From: Candidatus Multivoradales bacterium
Lineage (GTDB): Bacteria; Acidobacteriota; Thermoanaerobaculia; Multivoradales; Multivoraceae
Direction of reading: 5' to 3'
DNA: 64,000 bases
Assembly: GCA_965223325.1 (NCBI GenBank)
Contig: CBDCWI010000002.1
Span: 3,520,001 to 3,584,000, forward strand
This document shows positions 48,796 to 58,971 of the stretch, piece by piece. A program made the position numbers and the translations under genes. Numbering within the stretch: the first letter of the stretch is position 1; each line of letters opens with the position of its first letter. The notes under the pieces were generated by a model that worked only from the letters and a program-made list of their open reading frames with translations, had not been told where the DNA came from and made no database searches.

Positions 48796-51243
48796 ATGTC
48801 AAGACCCTTCCCCGAGCGCCATCGCATCTCTCAACCCGCCGGCGATTCGCCGGCTTGCCACCGGTTCCTCGTCGCTTCGGCGGTAGGTCTGTTGGCTGGC
48901 CTCTTCCTCTGGTCAGCGGGGCTGGTGGGGCAAGAAGGCGAGCCCGCCGCCGTTGAAGACACGGTAACCGTGACCGCTCAGCGCGTCGAAGAGAGCGCCC
49001 AGGACGTTCCCGTGTCGTTGGTCACCTTCGATGCCGAAGAGCTCGAGACCCGCGCTGTCTCAGACGTGCAAGACCTTGCCGAGGCCGCTCCAGGCCTGGT
49101 GGTGTCCGGGCAGAGTTCGAGCAACGGCGAGGTCGCTCTCTACATTCGTGGCATTGGCTCGAACACCTTCGGGCTTGGGACCGAGTCGACAGTCGGCTAC
49201 TACGTCGACGGAGTCTACATTCCTCGCCCGCAGGGGTTTCTCAACCAGTTTCTCGATCTCGACCGCATCGAAGTCCTGCGTGGACCTCAAGGTACCCTGT
49301 GGGGTCGAAACTCTACCGGCGGTGCCATCAATGTCGTTACACGAGCACCGTCGGCCGACTTCAAGGGGCGCCTACTCGCCCAGTACGGTGAGTACGCTGG
49401 CGATGACAGCCCCGAGAACCACGGGATCTCGTTCTCGCTCAACGGGGCCTTGTCCGAACGTGTCTTCGGGCGTCTGTCTGCGAGCCTCGACCAGGCGACG
49501 GACTTCACGTTCAACGAACTGTCGAACTCGAGTGTCGACAACCGTGACGGTTGGAGCACCCGAGGTGCCGTAACCTTTCTGCCCAGCGACAGCGTCTCGG
49601 TGACCGTCCGCGGCGATCTCGCCGACAACGAGAGTCACAACAACTTCAACTTCAAGCCCGGGAACACCTCACCCAACAGCACCTTGGGCACGCTGTTGCG
49701 TTTCTATGGTCTCGATACACCGTCGCACCCACATCGGATCGCTGCGAACATCGCACCGGTAGCAGAGTACGAAGAGAGTGGTGTCTCAGTCGCCGTCGAC
49801 TGGGTCCTGGGTACCAGCGGTACGATCTTGACCTCGACCAGCAGCCTGCGCGAGTTCGATTCGCGGCGCGTCGGCGACATCGACGGAACCCAGCTCGACT
49901 TCGTGGAGAATCAAGGCACCTTCGACTCCGAGTGGTGGTCGCAAGAGCTAACGCTCAATGGTGCGAGTGACAAGGTGGATTGGATCGCTGGCGCCTACCT
50001 CTTCCATGAAGAGGGCTCGACCAACATCGACACCCTCTCAGACCTGGCGCTGTTCGAAGTTCAGTTCTTCGCCAACAACCCTGGTCTCTTCCTGTTCAAC
50101 CCCGTCGACTTCTGCTCGCTCGGTTTCATCGCCCCGTCGTTTCTCTGTGGCGCCGACTACTACAACGCCATCGCACCCTTCGTGGGCCTCAGCGTGCCGG
50201 GCGCGAAATCGACCGGCAACTTCTTCGTCACCGATCTCGAGACCGATTCCTACGCTCTTTTCGGACAGCTCGCCTGGCACTTGAACGAGCACTGGTCCTT
50301 GGTCGGCGGGTTGCGCTATACCGAGGACGACAAAGATCACGACCAGCAGGCCTTCGACTTTGCGACCTTGATGCCGATTCGCCAGGTCGATCGGGACAGC
50401 TGGAGCGGGTTGACGCCCAAGCTGGCCATCGAGTACCGGCCGCACGACGACGTTATGGCCTATGGCTCGGTGACCACCGGCTGGAAGAGCGGCGGCTTCA
50501 ACTCGATCAGTGTGCAGCCGTCGTTCAACGAGGAGGAGATGACGAGTTACGAGGTGGGCGTGAAGTCCACGCTCGCCGACGGCAACGTGACCCTCAACGT
50601 GGCAGCCTTTCACTACGACTACGACGATCTGCAGGTGGCGGTTCTCTTCCCCGACCGCTCGACCGTCGAGAACGCGGCCGAAGCAACCGTCGATGGTCTG
50701 GAATTCGATCTGCTCTACCGCCCGGGCCCGCGCTTTTCGGCAGAACTGGGCATCGCGCTCCTCGACGACGAGTTCGATCGCTTCACCAGTCAGGATCCGC
50801 TGGTGATTGCCGAGGCTCAGGACACCCTCAACGCAGCCGGCATCTTCGACCCGGTGGCCCTGGCCACCGCCGCTGCACTAGTGCCTACCAGCGACCTGGC
50901 AGGTCGCGGTTTGCCCCGGGCCCCTGATTCGGCCTTGAATGCCGCCCTCCAGTACCGCTTTCTCTTCGGTTCGGGCGCTTCGGTCACTGCCCGCGGCGAG
51001 TATCAGTTCACCGACGATGTCGCTTTCGATCCGTTCGCGAACTTCGTCCAGAAGAGCTACGACCAGCTGCACGCGAATCTGATGTGGGTCTCTGGGGGCA
51101 GCCGCTGGAGCGTCAACCTCTACGGCCGCAATCTCACCGATGAGCTCTACGTTGCCTCGGAAATCTTCGCGCGCGTCACGGGTTCGCTCGAGGTCTGGGC
51201 ACCACCGCGCCAGGTCGGGCTGCAGCTCGGATACAGTTTCTGA
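48796..51243 (+). CDS. TonB-dependent outer-membrane receptor
   Basis: DTVTVTAQR TonB box, YVDGVY, IEVLRGPQGTLWGRNSTGGAINV plug, NLTD, terminal F. Confidence 0.95.
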   Translation: MSRPFPERHRISQPAGDSPACHRFLVASAVGLLAGLFLWSAGLVGQEGEPAAVEDTVTVTAQRVEESAQDVPVSLVTFDAEELETRAVSDVQDLAEAAPGLVVSGQSSSNGEVALYIRGIGSNTFGLGTESTVGYYVDGVYIPRPQGFLNQFLDLDRIEVLRGPQGTLWGRNSTGGAINVVTRAPSADFKGRLLAQYGEYAGDDSPENHGISFSLNGALSERVFGRLSASLDQATDFTFNELSNSSVDNRDGWSTRGAVTFLPSDSVSVTVRGDLADNESHNNFNFKPGNTSPNSTLGTLLRFYGLDTPSHPHRIAANIAPVAEYEESGVSVAVDWVLGTSGTILTSTSSLREFDSRRVGDIDGTQLDFVENQGTFDSEWWSQELTLNGASDKVDWIAGAYLFHEEGSTNIDTLSDLALFEVQFFANNPGLFLFNPVDFCSLGFIAPSFLCGADYYNAIAPFVGLSVPGAKSTGNFFVTDLETDSYALFGQLAWHLNEHWSLVGGLRYTEDDKDHDQQAFDFATLMPIRQVDRDSWSGLTPKLAIEYRPHDDVMAYGSVTTGWKSGGFNSISVQPSFNEEEMTSYEVGVKSTLADGNVTLNVAAFHYDYDDLQVAVLFPDRSTVENAAEATVDGLEFDLLYRPGPRFSAELGIALLDDEFDRFTSQDPLVIAEAQDTLNAAGIFDPVALATAAALVPTSDLAGRGLPRAPDSALNAALQYRFLFGSGASVTARGEYQFTDDVAFDPFANFVQKSYDQLHANLMWVSGGSRWSVNLYGRNLTDELYVASEIFARVTGSLEVWAPPRQVGLQLGYSF

Positions 51244-51245
51244 CC

Positions 51246-51695
51246 ATGAGTAAGTCAGGACTCGCTTTGGTGTGCCTCGCGGCATTTGCGTCCGCGACCC
51301 TGTTGGCCCAGGAGAAGCGCACCTTCGACACCAGCAGTTGGCAGGAGCGCAAAGGCGGAGTGCTCTACAGTGACCCTGTAGAAGGAGCCGGCAAGGAACT
51401 TCGCCGTGGCCAGACCGTCACCGTGCACTACACCGGCTGGCTACCAGACGGTACGCAGTTCCAGTCCAGCCACGACAGCGGCCGGGCCTTTGTCTTCAAG
51501 ACCGGCCAGGGCCAGGTGGTCCAGGGCTGGGAGATCGGGTTGCCGGGAATGAAGGTAAAAGGCAAGCGCCTCTTGTTCGTTCCCTGGAAGAAGGGCTATG
51601 GAAAGCGCGGTGTCAAGAACCCGCAGACGGGCGAGTGGGTGATTCCGCCAGGGTCAGACCTGGTGTTCGAGATCGAGCTGTTAGCCGCTAACTAG
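51246..51695 (+). CDS. FKBP-type peptidyl-prolyl isomerase, exported
   Basis: Signal peptide, VTVHYTGWL, GQVVQGW, GYG, IPPGSDLVFEIELL. Confidence 0.93.
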   Translation: MSKSGLALVCLAAFASATLLAQEKRTFDTSSWQERKGGVLYSDPVEGAGKELRRGQTVTVHYTGWLPDGTQFQSSHDSGRAFVFKTGQGQVVQGWEIGLPGMKVKGKRLLFVPWKKGYGKRGVKNPQTGEWVIPPGSDLVFEIELLAAN

Positions 51696-51849
51696 CCGCC
51701 GGCGCGGGGCCGGCTCGCCCCAGTCTCTAAACGAAGACTGCGATCTCGTGGTCTAAGTCGAGCCGGTTCGAGGTGCCCGTTCGGGAGCTGCGGGGGCTCC
51801 ACCGTTTCGGTCAGGCAGACTGGCTCACTGTAGGCTCCGGTTCCACCTC

Positions 51850-54711
51850 ATGAGCGATCGCGAACAGAAGGGCACACCTTCGCTGCCGGCGAGTCCTCGC
51901 GAGCGCGGGACCGAAACCGTCCTGCCAGGCGAGGGCGCAGATGTCGAAGAACTGCCGGACAGCCTTGCCGTTGGCTCGGTCGTGTGTGACCGCTACGAAG
52001 TTCTGGCCAGGGTCGGGTCGGGCGGTTCGGCGACGGTCTACAGAGTTCTCGACCGCAAGACCGAACGCGAGCTCGCCCTCAAGCTCCTGCGCGAAGGCAG
52101 CTGGAACGACAAGACAAGAAAGCGGTTGCAACGCGAGGCAGAGCTTGGCCGAAACTTTGAGCACCCGCACGTAGTGCGGGTCTACGACGTGCATCTGGAG
52201 GACCCAGCGTTCCTCACCATGGAGTTCGTTTCTGGAGACACCCTGGCCGCTCGCATGCGAAGCGGCCTCGCGATGGAGGAAAGCCTGGGGATCACCCGCC
52301 AGATCGCCCTTGGTCTGCGCGCGCTCCACAAGGAGGGCGTCGTCCATCGAGATATCAAGCCCAGCAACATATTGACCGCCGAGGGTGTTGTGAAGATTGC
52401 CGACCTTGGCCTCTTGCGTCTGGTGGCGCCGGAGGCGACTCGGGTCACCGCTTCTGAGACGATCGTTGGCACCTACGAGTACGTCGCTCCGGAACAAGCG
52501 CTTGGTGCCGAGATCAATCCGGCGGCTGACCTCTACAGCCTGGGCGTAGTGCTCTTCGAGATGCTGACCGGGCGGCTTCCTCATCGCCACTCGTCGGCTC
52601 TCGGTGCTTTGCTCGAGCGCGTTTCGGACTCCGCACCGACGCTTGCCGAGGGGGGCTTTGAGGCTCCCGAATGGCTGGAGTCGCTCGTCGCGTGTCTCCT
52701 CGAACGTGACCCGAAGCGGCGCCTTGGGACGGCGGATGAGCTGATCGCGGTGCTCGACTCGCGACACGTGTTGACAGGTCACTCTGGACGGTCAAGACGG
52801 GATCGGCGAGCTGGTGCCACCTGGTTCCTTGCTCTTGTTGCCACCGCGGGGTTGGCGCTGGCAGCGTGGGGCGCCTATCGCGAACGAGTTTCCTACAAGG
52901 CGATTGTTCAGTTGCAGAAGGGCGAGGGTGTGACGGAGGCGGCCGGCGAAGACGGCGAAGTGCTGTGGTCACGAGCCGATCTCGAGCTGCAACGAGCGCG
53001 GGTGATTCGCGCTCCGGACGGGAAGCAGAAGATTGCAGCCATTCTCGCGGGCGCGGGCGAGAAGAGCATCGAAGTGCTTCAGCACCTCAGCGTTCTCGAT
53101 GCACAAACCGGCCAACTCGAGGCGAGCGTCAAGCTGGAATCGGGGGCGCACTACTTCCCGGGAATAGGCCAGGCCTGGCGGGTCTATCTCGATGCCGACG
53201 ACCTCAACGGTGATGCTGTCGACGAGGTCCTCGTCACCTACCAGCACGCGACGAACTTCCAGTCGTTCTCTGTGCTGTACGAGCCGTCAACGGGTCAGAG
53301 TCGCGCCGTCGCGGTTTCGTCGGGGCACCTGGAGTACCAGGGTGCCACTGACCTCGACGGTGACCGCGACCAGGAGCTCCTGTACTCCGCCTGGGCGCAG
53401 AATTTCGGCGATCGCCGAGCGATCATGGCGGTCGATGTGGCACCGGCGGTTGGCAGCCGGGGTTCCGGGGCTCTCTTTCCAGCCTTTTCACCGGACCGTC
53501 CGGACGCCGGTCTCGATCAGGGTCGAGTTCTCGAGTGGTATCAGCTCCTGCCTCGCGAATCATGTCCTGCACAGACCTGTGTGCAAGTTTCCCAAGCGGG
53601 CGACCGGCTCCTGATCGACGGCCCAGCACCGTTCGAACTCACCGTCATGGGCTTCGAGACCGGTCCAGGAGGTCTCGATCCTGCGCGCGCTCGCAACCGC
53701 AGGCTGGCGTACGCGGAACTTGCCCGAGCCAACAGCCTACGCACCTCGGGATCTGGGACGCAGGCGCTCGAGTTTCACGCACGAGCCCTGCAGGCCGCAC
53801 GCGCGGCGCGGTTGACAGAACTGAGCGAGTGGATCGAGGCTTTGCGGCCGACGTTCCTGGTATCGGCCGACCGCTTCGAACAGGCAGAGCGAGAGCTCTT
53901 GCTGATGCCGGAAAAGCCCGACTGGGCAGAAGGAACCTATCTCGCCGCACGCGAGATGCATCTTCGCGGCGAACCTGCCCGTGCCGTCAGGTGGCACCGC
54001 CTTGCTCTCGAGCGCTCGCGAACCGGGGGCTGGTCGACGAGACCGATCGAGTACTTGATCAATGTAGCGCTTGCGACCCTCGAGAGTCAGGATTGGGAGA
54101 CGTTCTGGGAGATCTTCGAGGACTACGAAGCGAACGAATGGCTGCGCGATCAAACCAGCACGAAGGTCATCCGTCAGCTCGCGAAGGCCTGGTCGGGCAG
54201 CAAAGAGAAGGTCGGGCCACTTCAGATCGAGGGCCAGCTGGCCCACGACGAGATTCGCTACTGGGATCTCGAGCACCGCTATCATCGTGGCGACCGCGAA
54301 GGCTTGCTCGATGCCTTGAGGGTCGAGGTCCAGGTGAATACCGAAGCAAGCGCCCCGACGCGCTCGCTCCTGGCCTTGATGGAAGGCGAGAGCGGGGACT
54401 TGGAGGGGGCGATGGTGCTCGCGAGACAGGCAGACCTTCAGGCGGCGAGCGATGCGGCGATCGATGTGGTTGCGCGGGTCTACCGGGCGGAGATTGCCAG
54501 GCGCCTCGAGCAGGTCGCGTCGATGGTCGAAGAGAGCAGGCGCTCTAGTGGGTTCGTTCCAGAGGTCGAGCGGAGTCTTCGATCGAGCCGGGCTTTCGAC
54601 GCGGGTGTATTGGAGTTCATCGAGTTCTTGTTGCAGGGCACTAGCGATCCGACCCGGGCGACTCCTGTGGAAAGAGACGCTTCATTTTCAGTCCGAGTCC
54701 CTGGCGGCTGA
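51850..54711 (+). CDS. Membrane Hanks-type Ser/Thr protein kinase with extracytoplasmic FG-GAP-like and helical (TPR-like) regions
   Basis: GSGGSATVY, ALK, HRDIKPSN, DLG, GTYEYVAPEQ, DLYSLG; TM WFLALVATAGLALAAWGAY; DLNGDAVDE and DLDGDRDQE loops. Confidence 0.9.
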   Translation: MSDREQKGTPSLPASPRERGTETVLPGEGADVEELPDSLAVGSVVCDRYEVLARVGSGGSATVYRVLDRKTERELALKLLREGSWNDKTRKRLQREAELGRNFEHPHVVRVYDVHLEDPAFLTMEFVSGDTLAARMRSGLAMEESLGITRQIALGLRALHKEGVVHRDIKPSNILTAEGVVKIADLGLLRLVAPEATRVTASETIVGTYEYVAPEQALGAEINPAADLYSLGVVLFEMLTGRLPHRHSSALGALLERVSDSAPTLAEGGFEAPEWLESLVACLLERDPKRRLGTADELIAVLDSRHVLTGHSGRSRRDRRAGATWFLALVATAGLALAAWGAYRERVSYKAIVQLQKGEGVTEAAGEDGEVLWSRADLELQRARVIRAPDGKQKIAAILAGAGEKSIEVLQHLSVLDAQTGQLEASVKLESGAHYFPGIGQAWRVYLDADDLNGDAVDEVLVTYQHATNFQSFSVLYEPSTGQSRAVAVSSGHLEYQGATDLDGDRDQELLYSAWAQNFGDRRAIMAVDVAPAVGSRGSGALFPAFSPDRPDAGLDQGRVLEWYQLLPRESCPAQTCVQVSQAGDRLLIDGPAPFELTVMGFETGPGGLDPARARNRRLAYAELARANSLRTSGSGTQALEFHARALQAARAARLTELSEWIEALRPTFLVSADRFEQAERELLLMPEKPDWAEGTYLAAREMHLRGEPARAVRWHRLALERSRTGGWSTRPIEYLINVALATLESQDWETFWEIFEDYEANEWLRDQTSTKVIRQLAKAWSGSKEKVGPLQIEGQLAHDEIRYWDLEHRYHRGDREGLLDALRVEVQVNTEASAPTRSLLALMEGESGDLEGAMVLARQADLQAASDAAIDVVARVYRAEIARRLEQVASMVEESRRSSGFVPEVERSLRSSRAFDAGVLEFIEFLLQGTSDPTRATPVERDASFSVRVPGG

Positions 54712-56440
54712 TGCCGAGTCGTCGGGCCGTCGCGGTCTTGTTTCCGGCTTCTGTTATCAGGGCCTCTCTGATCAGGCGGCGTTCGAGGGCATCGACTTGA
54801 TCCTGAAGAAGACCTCCACTGCTGTCGAAACCTTCGCGGTTGGTCCCGAGCGGTCCGCCTGCTGACTGGGGGGACTCGTGCTGCGTCTCGAACACTCGGA
54901 AGTGCCTGCTCTCCAGTTGCCCGCCGTCGTCGCACAAGAGCACAGCTCTTTCAACGGCGGTGCGCAACTCGCGCACATTTCCTGGCCAGTTGTGACGGAG
55001 AAGAAGGTCGAGCGCCTTCGCACTCACCCCCTGGATGTGTTTGCCATACCCCGCCGCTGCATCGGTGGCGAACTTGAGGACCAGAACGGGAATGTCGTCG
55101 CGCCGTGCGCGAAGGGGTGGGATCTGGAAATGCAAACCACAGACCCGGTAGTAAAGATCACTTCTGAACGCTCCCGAACTCGTCGCGCGAACGAGATCGA
55201 CGTTTGATGCCGAAATGACCCGGGCGTTGACCTTGCGAGGAACCGTGCCGCCGAGCGGAAGGACCTCGCGTTCCTGGAGAACGCGAAGCAGTTTCGCTTG
55301 AAGATGCGACGTGAGCTCGCCAATCTCGTCGAGAAGGATCGAACCGCCCTCGGCGGCAACGAAGAGTCCAGAGCGTTTCGACACGCCTGTGGCCACACCG
55401 GATTCAACGCCAAAGAGCTGTGCTTCGAGAAGCTCAGCCGGAATCGCTGCGCAGTTGAGTGTTACGAACGGTCCCTTCGCTGTCTTGCCCGAGCGGTGAA
55501 TGATGCGGGCAAACACCTCCTTGCCGACCCCGGTCTCGCCGGTGAGCAGCACATCGAGATCGCTCCACACCGTCGAACGAATTTGTCCCAGAAGCTCCTC
55601 GGTGGCCGCCGAGGAGCCCAGCACGATGCCAGGAGGCACATCGAGAGCCTGGTCGCGCGGTAGTCGCCGGTCAGGAAGCAGGTGCCTAGGTGTCGTCTTC
55701 CCCCAACCCGCGAGGAAAGACAAGAAGTCGACCTGCCACTGGCGAGGCTCGTGGGCGAGGAGCGCGACGAGCCGCTCAGAGTCAGCCAGGGCGCCCGTCG
55801 AGAGCAGGAACCGGTCCGGGTCCAACTCGACGGCCACACCGGGACGTCCAGCTGCAGCGGTCGCCAACTCCGCGGCATCGAGCGTGGTCCCGGCCGTGGC
55901 CGAGACGATCGCGTCTCCATCATCGCCGGAACGCACCATCGACAGACCTTCGCCGTTCAGAATCCCCAGCACCGTGGGCAGAAGCTCCCGAAGGCGCTCC
56001 GCCGAATCCGCGTGCTCCCGCAGTCGCGCGACAAAACGCAGCGCGGCCACCGGACCCGAGGTCGTCGATGCGCCAGAAGCTGAGTCCGTATCAGGTGTGC
56101 CTGCCGACTCGTCTTCCGAGTCCGGGAACGAAAGGCCGACACGGTGCTCAGCGCTCGACACCTCCTCGAGCGTAGCCATCGCCCGGCCGATCTGGACCGA
56201 GTCCCCGATGCCGAGTACCACCTCGCTCTGCCTCTCACCATCACTCACTAGACCGTTCTTCGAACCAGCGTCCGCAAGCCGCGCACCCTGGCCTAACCGC
56301 TCCACCAACGCGTGTTGGGAAGAGATGCCCGGGAACCGACAGACGAAGTCATTCGCGTCGGACGAACCGATGGTGGTGGGTACGTCGTCGAGCGCGAAGT
56401 GGGCGACTTGGTTTCGGTAGCGGACTGCGAGTCTGAGCAT
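54641..56440 (-). CDS. FHA-domain sigma54-type enhancer-binding protein (FHA - GAF-like - AAA+ - Fis HTH)
   Basis: IGS..SSQH..SKNG (FHA), GETGVGKE, LFGVESGVATGV, LDEIGE, FRSDLYYR, WPGNVREL, GNKTATARRLGISRQGL. Confidence 0.92.
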   Translation of the reverse strand: MLRLAVRYRNQVAHFALDDVPTTIGSSDANDFVCRFPGISSQHALVERLGQGARLADAGSKNGLVSDGERQSEVVLGIGDSVQIGRAMATLEEVSSAEHRVGLSFPDSEDESAGTPDTDSASGASTTSGPVAALRFVARLREHADSAERLRELLPTVLGILNGEGLSMVRSGDDGDAIVSATAGTTLDAAELATAAAGRPGVAVELDPDRFLLSTGALADSERLVALLAHEPRQWQVDFLSFLAGWGKTTPRHLLPDRRLPRDQALDVPPGIVLGSSAATEELLGQIRSTVWSDLDVLLTGETGVGKEVFARIIHRSGKTAKGPFVTLNCAAIPAELLEAQLFGVESGVATGVSKRSGLFVAAEGGSILLDEIGELTSHLQAKLLRVLQEREVLPLGGTVPRKVNARVISASNVDLVRATSSGAFRSDLYYRVCGLHFQIPPLRARRDDIPVLVLKFATDAAAGYGKHIQGVSAKALDLLLRHNWPGNVRELRTAVERAVLLCDDGGQLESRHFRVFETQHESPQSAGGPLGTNREGFDSSGGLLQDQVDALERRLIREALITEAGNKTATARRLGISRQGLGLKMKRLFPQESPGSDR

Positions 56441-56663
56441 GGTGAACGTTGATGATGTTAGTGCGCATCGTAGAGATCAGAAAAGGTCGGCATGAACAAG
56501 GAGGGCACCGTCGGTTGCCGAGGGTCGTCATCTGGTCCAGCGGGGAGTGGATCTTGTTGTCGTTGTCGGGCCGGACGATCGGAGCGGCGAGTTACTTTCC
56601 GGTGACCGTCAAGCGGGTGGTCGCCTCTGTGGCTGTTGCGCCCAAAGCAATGAGGCCATATGC

Positions 56664-56679
56664 GGGCATTCATCTTGCT
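56664..56679 (+). promoter_or_regulatory. Candidate sigma54 (-24/-12) promoter
   Basis: GG(56665-56666)-CATTCATCTT-GC(56677-56678)T: GG-N10-GC with GGCA and TTGCT cores; divergent from the EBP gene. Confidence 0.65.
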
Positions 56680-56734
56680 TCCCTGGCCTTGCAGGACGAC
56701 CAACAGCAATTCCCGAGAAGGGTTGGAGCGAAAG

Positions 56735-58834
56735 ATGGTTCAGATGGTCTCGAGTCGCCTCGAGAGGGCTCTCGATTTGATCGCACTCGGGTTCAGCGAC
56801 AACGGCATCGCCTTGGTCGCTGCGACAGCCCTCCTCCTTCTTGCTTCGCCTCCGGTCTTGTCGCAGCCGCAATGTGCGTCACAGAAGAACATGACCTGCG
56901 ATCTACCCGCGCCGATCGGTCTGGCGGTTGCATCTTCGAACCCCACCGCGGTGTCGCTCAGCTGGCAGCATGACTCTCCTGAAGAGGAGGGCTTTCGGGC
57001 CTGCCGCAAAGCCGGAGCGGCTGGTCCCTGGGTGAGGGTTGACGATGACGACCTCGTTGCCGATTCGACATCGCATGTTGATGTGGTGCCGGTCTGTGGT
57101 GGCACGTATGCCTATAGGGTTTGGGCGTACTCGTTCGTCGATGGACTCCTCTGTGAGTCAGAGGAATCTAACGAGGCTGCTGTCGAGGTCGTCTGTGTCG
57201 ATTGCGTGGGTGACACCGACACGGGGGACTCGGATGCGGATGGGGTCTGCGACGACCAGGATGTCTGCCTTGGGATGGACTCGTTGGGAGACGAGGATCA
57301 CGACGGGTTCTGTGAAGACCGCGACCGCTGTCCGGGTGCTGACGACTCGATCGATCTCAATGATGATGGTCTCCCGGATGCGTGCGAGCGCCCAGTTCCG
57401 GGTGCGCTTCTTTCGCCCGAAAGCCCTGGGCAGAACGGCCAGACCCGCCTCGAGAACTTTGGGACGCTCCTAGACGCTCTCTTTGAGGGGCCTTGTGTGA
57501 CCCGTGAGGTTCCGATCGACGGGCTCGCCCACCAGCTTCCACCCTGGTTCGGTTCGTCCACCATCTGCACTGAAGAAGAGCTCAAAGCCGTTGATGGGAT
57601 TCCAGCGCAACCATCCTTTTCAGACTACCTGGTGGTTAGTGACGAGCTGTCAGAACTGGCCGTGGTGACTGCTGTGGGGACTTCGGAGTCGAGGTTCTTA
57701 GCCATTGATCGCACGATTGAAAAGTTGATCGCGGGCTCGACGCTCGGTGCTCTACCCTGCTGGCTTGCGAGCGTGGAAGGCGCGTCGCCTTCGTGTGCAA
57801 ACGAGTCCACAGCGACCTCAGCTTCGGTCGAGTGCCTCTTGGGTGATTCGGCGTCGGACGCTTCCGCTCGCCTTGGACTCTCGTACTACCTGGCTGCCGC
57901 GAATCAGCACTTTGCGGGTCGGGCCGACTACCGATCCAAGGCGACGGCGCTTGCGTATGCTCACCTGGAAAAGGAATATTCGTCGCTGGAGGGTGACGAA
58001 TGTCCGCTGGGGCCGTGGTCTGGAGAGAGGATCTGTCATTGGGCCGGCGGAGGCGCCAACACGGCGAGTGGACCCATCGCAGACCTGGTGATGTGGGTGG
58101 GCTACTACCCCGACATCATCAGGTTCTTGCTGGCGGCCTACAACGTGACTCGCGACAGTCAGTTTCTGATTCGTGCCCAGGAAGTCACGGAACAGTTCCT
58201 GTTGGCGAGTGAGTTCGACGGCTCCTCGTTGACGTTCGCGCGTGTCAACTTCAGATGGGACTTGACCGGCAGCCCAGCGCCGTTCAATGAGCCAAACGAC
58301 GGCGTCGAAGACTACTACTGGGAACAGGATCGGGCCTGGGATGCGGCGGACGCACCGCGAGCCCTCTGGATGGGTGACGTACCGCGGGCCTTCCGGCTGG
58401 CCGGTGCGGGCGACTCGACAGCCGGAGTTGTCACCGCCCTGGAGAGCTGGATCGCCAAGGTACAGGCCGCGACGGAGGCTGTCGTTGGGGACGAGCCAGC
58501 GTCCTGCATCCAGTGGAGCCACAGTGGGATTCCAGACCCTGGAAACTGCGGGGCCGGCTACTACGAGAACGGATTGGGCAGCGGGCTCTATCGGTCTCTC
58601 AACACAGCAGGCTTCAGACCCCGCATCGACGCCGCTCTCGAGGAGTTTGATTGGGAGGGTGAACCCCCCGGCGGATGGTTCGGTGCGGATTGCATGGGGA
58701 TCTATCGGAGCGTGAGGCCGATCAACGCGACTGCCAGTTCTATTGGGCTGACTGCGGCGGCGATGGGCGCATCCCTCTTTCAGGACGGCTTCGAGTCTGT
58801 AGGCACTGCGAGGTGGGATCGAACCGTCGACTGA
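56735..58834 (+). CDS. Secreted modular protein: FN3, thrombospondin-3-like Ca-binding repeats, divergent GH8-like domain and FxDGFES tail
   Basis: GGAG RBS at 56725; hydrophobic signal; VSLSWQ..YAYRVWA; DSDADGVCD, DEDHDGFCE, DLNDDGLPDAC; DSASDA and DAPR motifs; LFQDGFES. Confidence 0.75.
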   Translation: MVQMVSSRLERALDLIALGFSDNGIALVAATALLLLASPPVLSQPQCASQKNMTCDLPAPIGLAVASSNPTAVSLSWQHDSPEEEGFRACRKAGAAGPWVRVDDDDLVADSTSHVDVVPVCGGTYAYRVWAYSFVDGLLCESEESNEAAVEVVCVDCVGDTDTGDSDADGVCDDQDVCLGMDSLGDEDHDGFCEDRDRCPGADDSIDLNDDGLPDACERPVPGALLSPESPGQNGQTRLENFGTLLDALFEGPCVTREVPIDGLAHQLPPWFGSSTICTEEELKAVDGIPAQPSFSDYLVVSDELSELAVVTAVGTSESRFLAIDRTIEKLIAGSTLGALPCWLASVEGASPSCANESTATSASVECLLGDSASDASARLGLSYYLAAANQHFAGRADYRSKATALAYAHLEKEYSSLEGDECPLGPWSGERICHWAGGGANTASGPIADLVMWVGYYPDIIRFLLAAYNVTRDSQFLIRAQEVTEQFLLASEFDGSSLTFARVNFRWDLTGSPAPFNEPNDGVEDYYWEQDRAWDAADAPRALWMGDVPRAFRLAGAGDSTAGVVTALESWIAKVQAATEAVVGDEPASCIQWSHSGIPDPGNCGAGYYENGLGSGLYRSLNTAGFRPRIDAALEEFDWEGEPPGGWFGADCMGIYRSVRPINATASSIGLTAAAMGASLFQDGFESVGTARWDRTVD

Positions 58835-58971
58835 GCCTGCGGGTTGCCCGTGCGGAAAAGGCATCGCGCGCAAGCATGGCTCCGGTCCGAAGAAGGGCGA
58901 TGGCCCGCTTCCGTTCGGAAGCCGCTCCGATGCCGGCCGTTCGAAGGTGGAGACAGGATTGGGAGAGCACG

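Noticed and set aside
58835-58971. Second sigma54 promoter before the large exoprotein
   Set aside because: No GG-N10-GC with a TTGC core was found; co-transcription from 56690 is simpler
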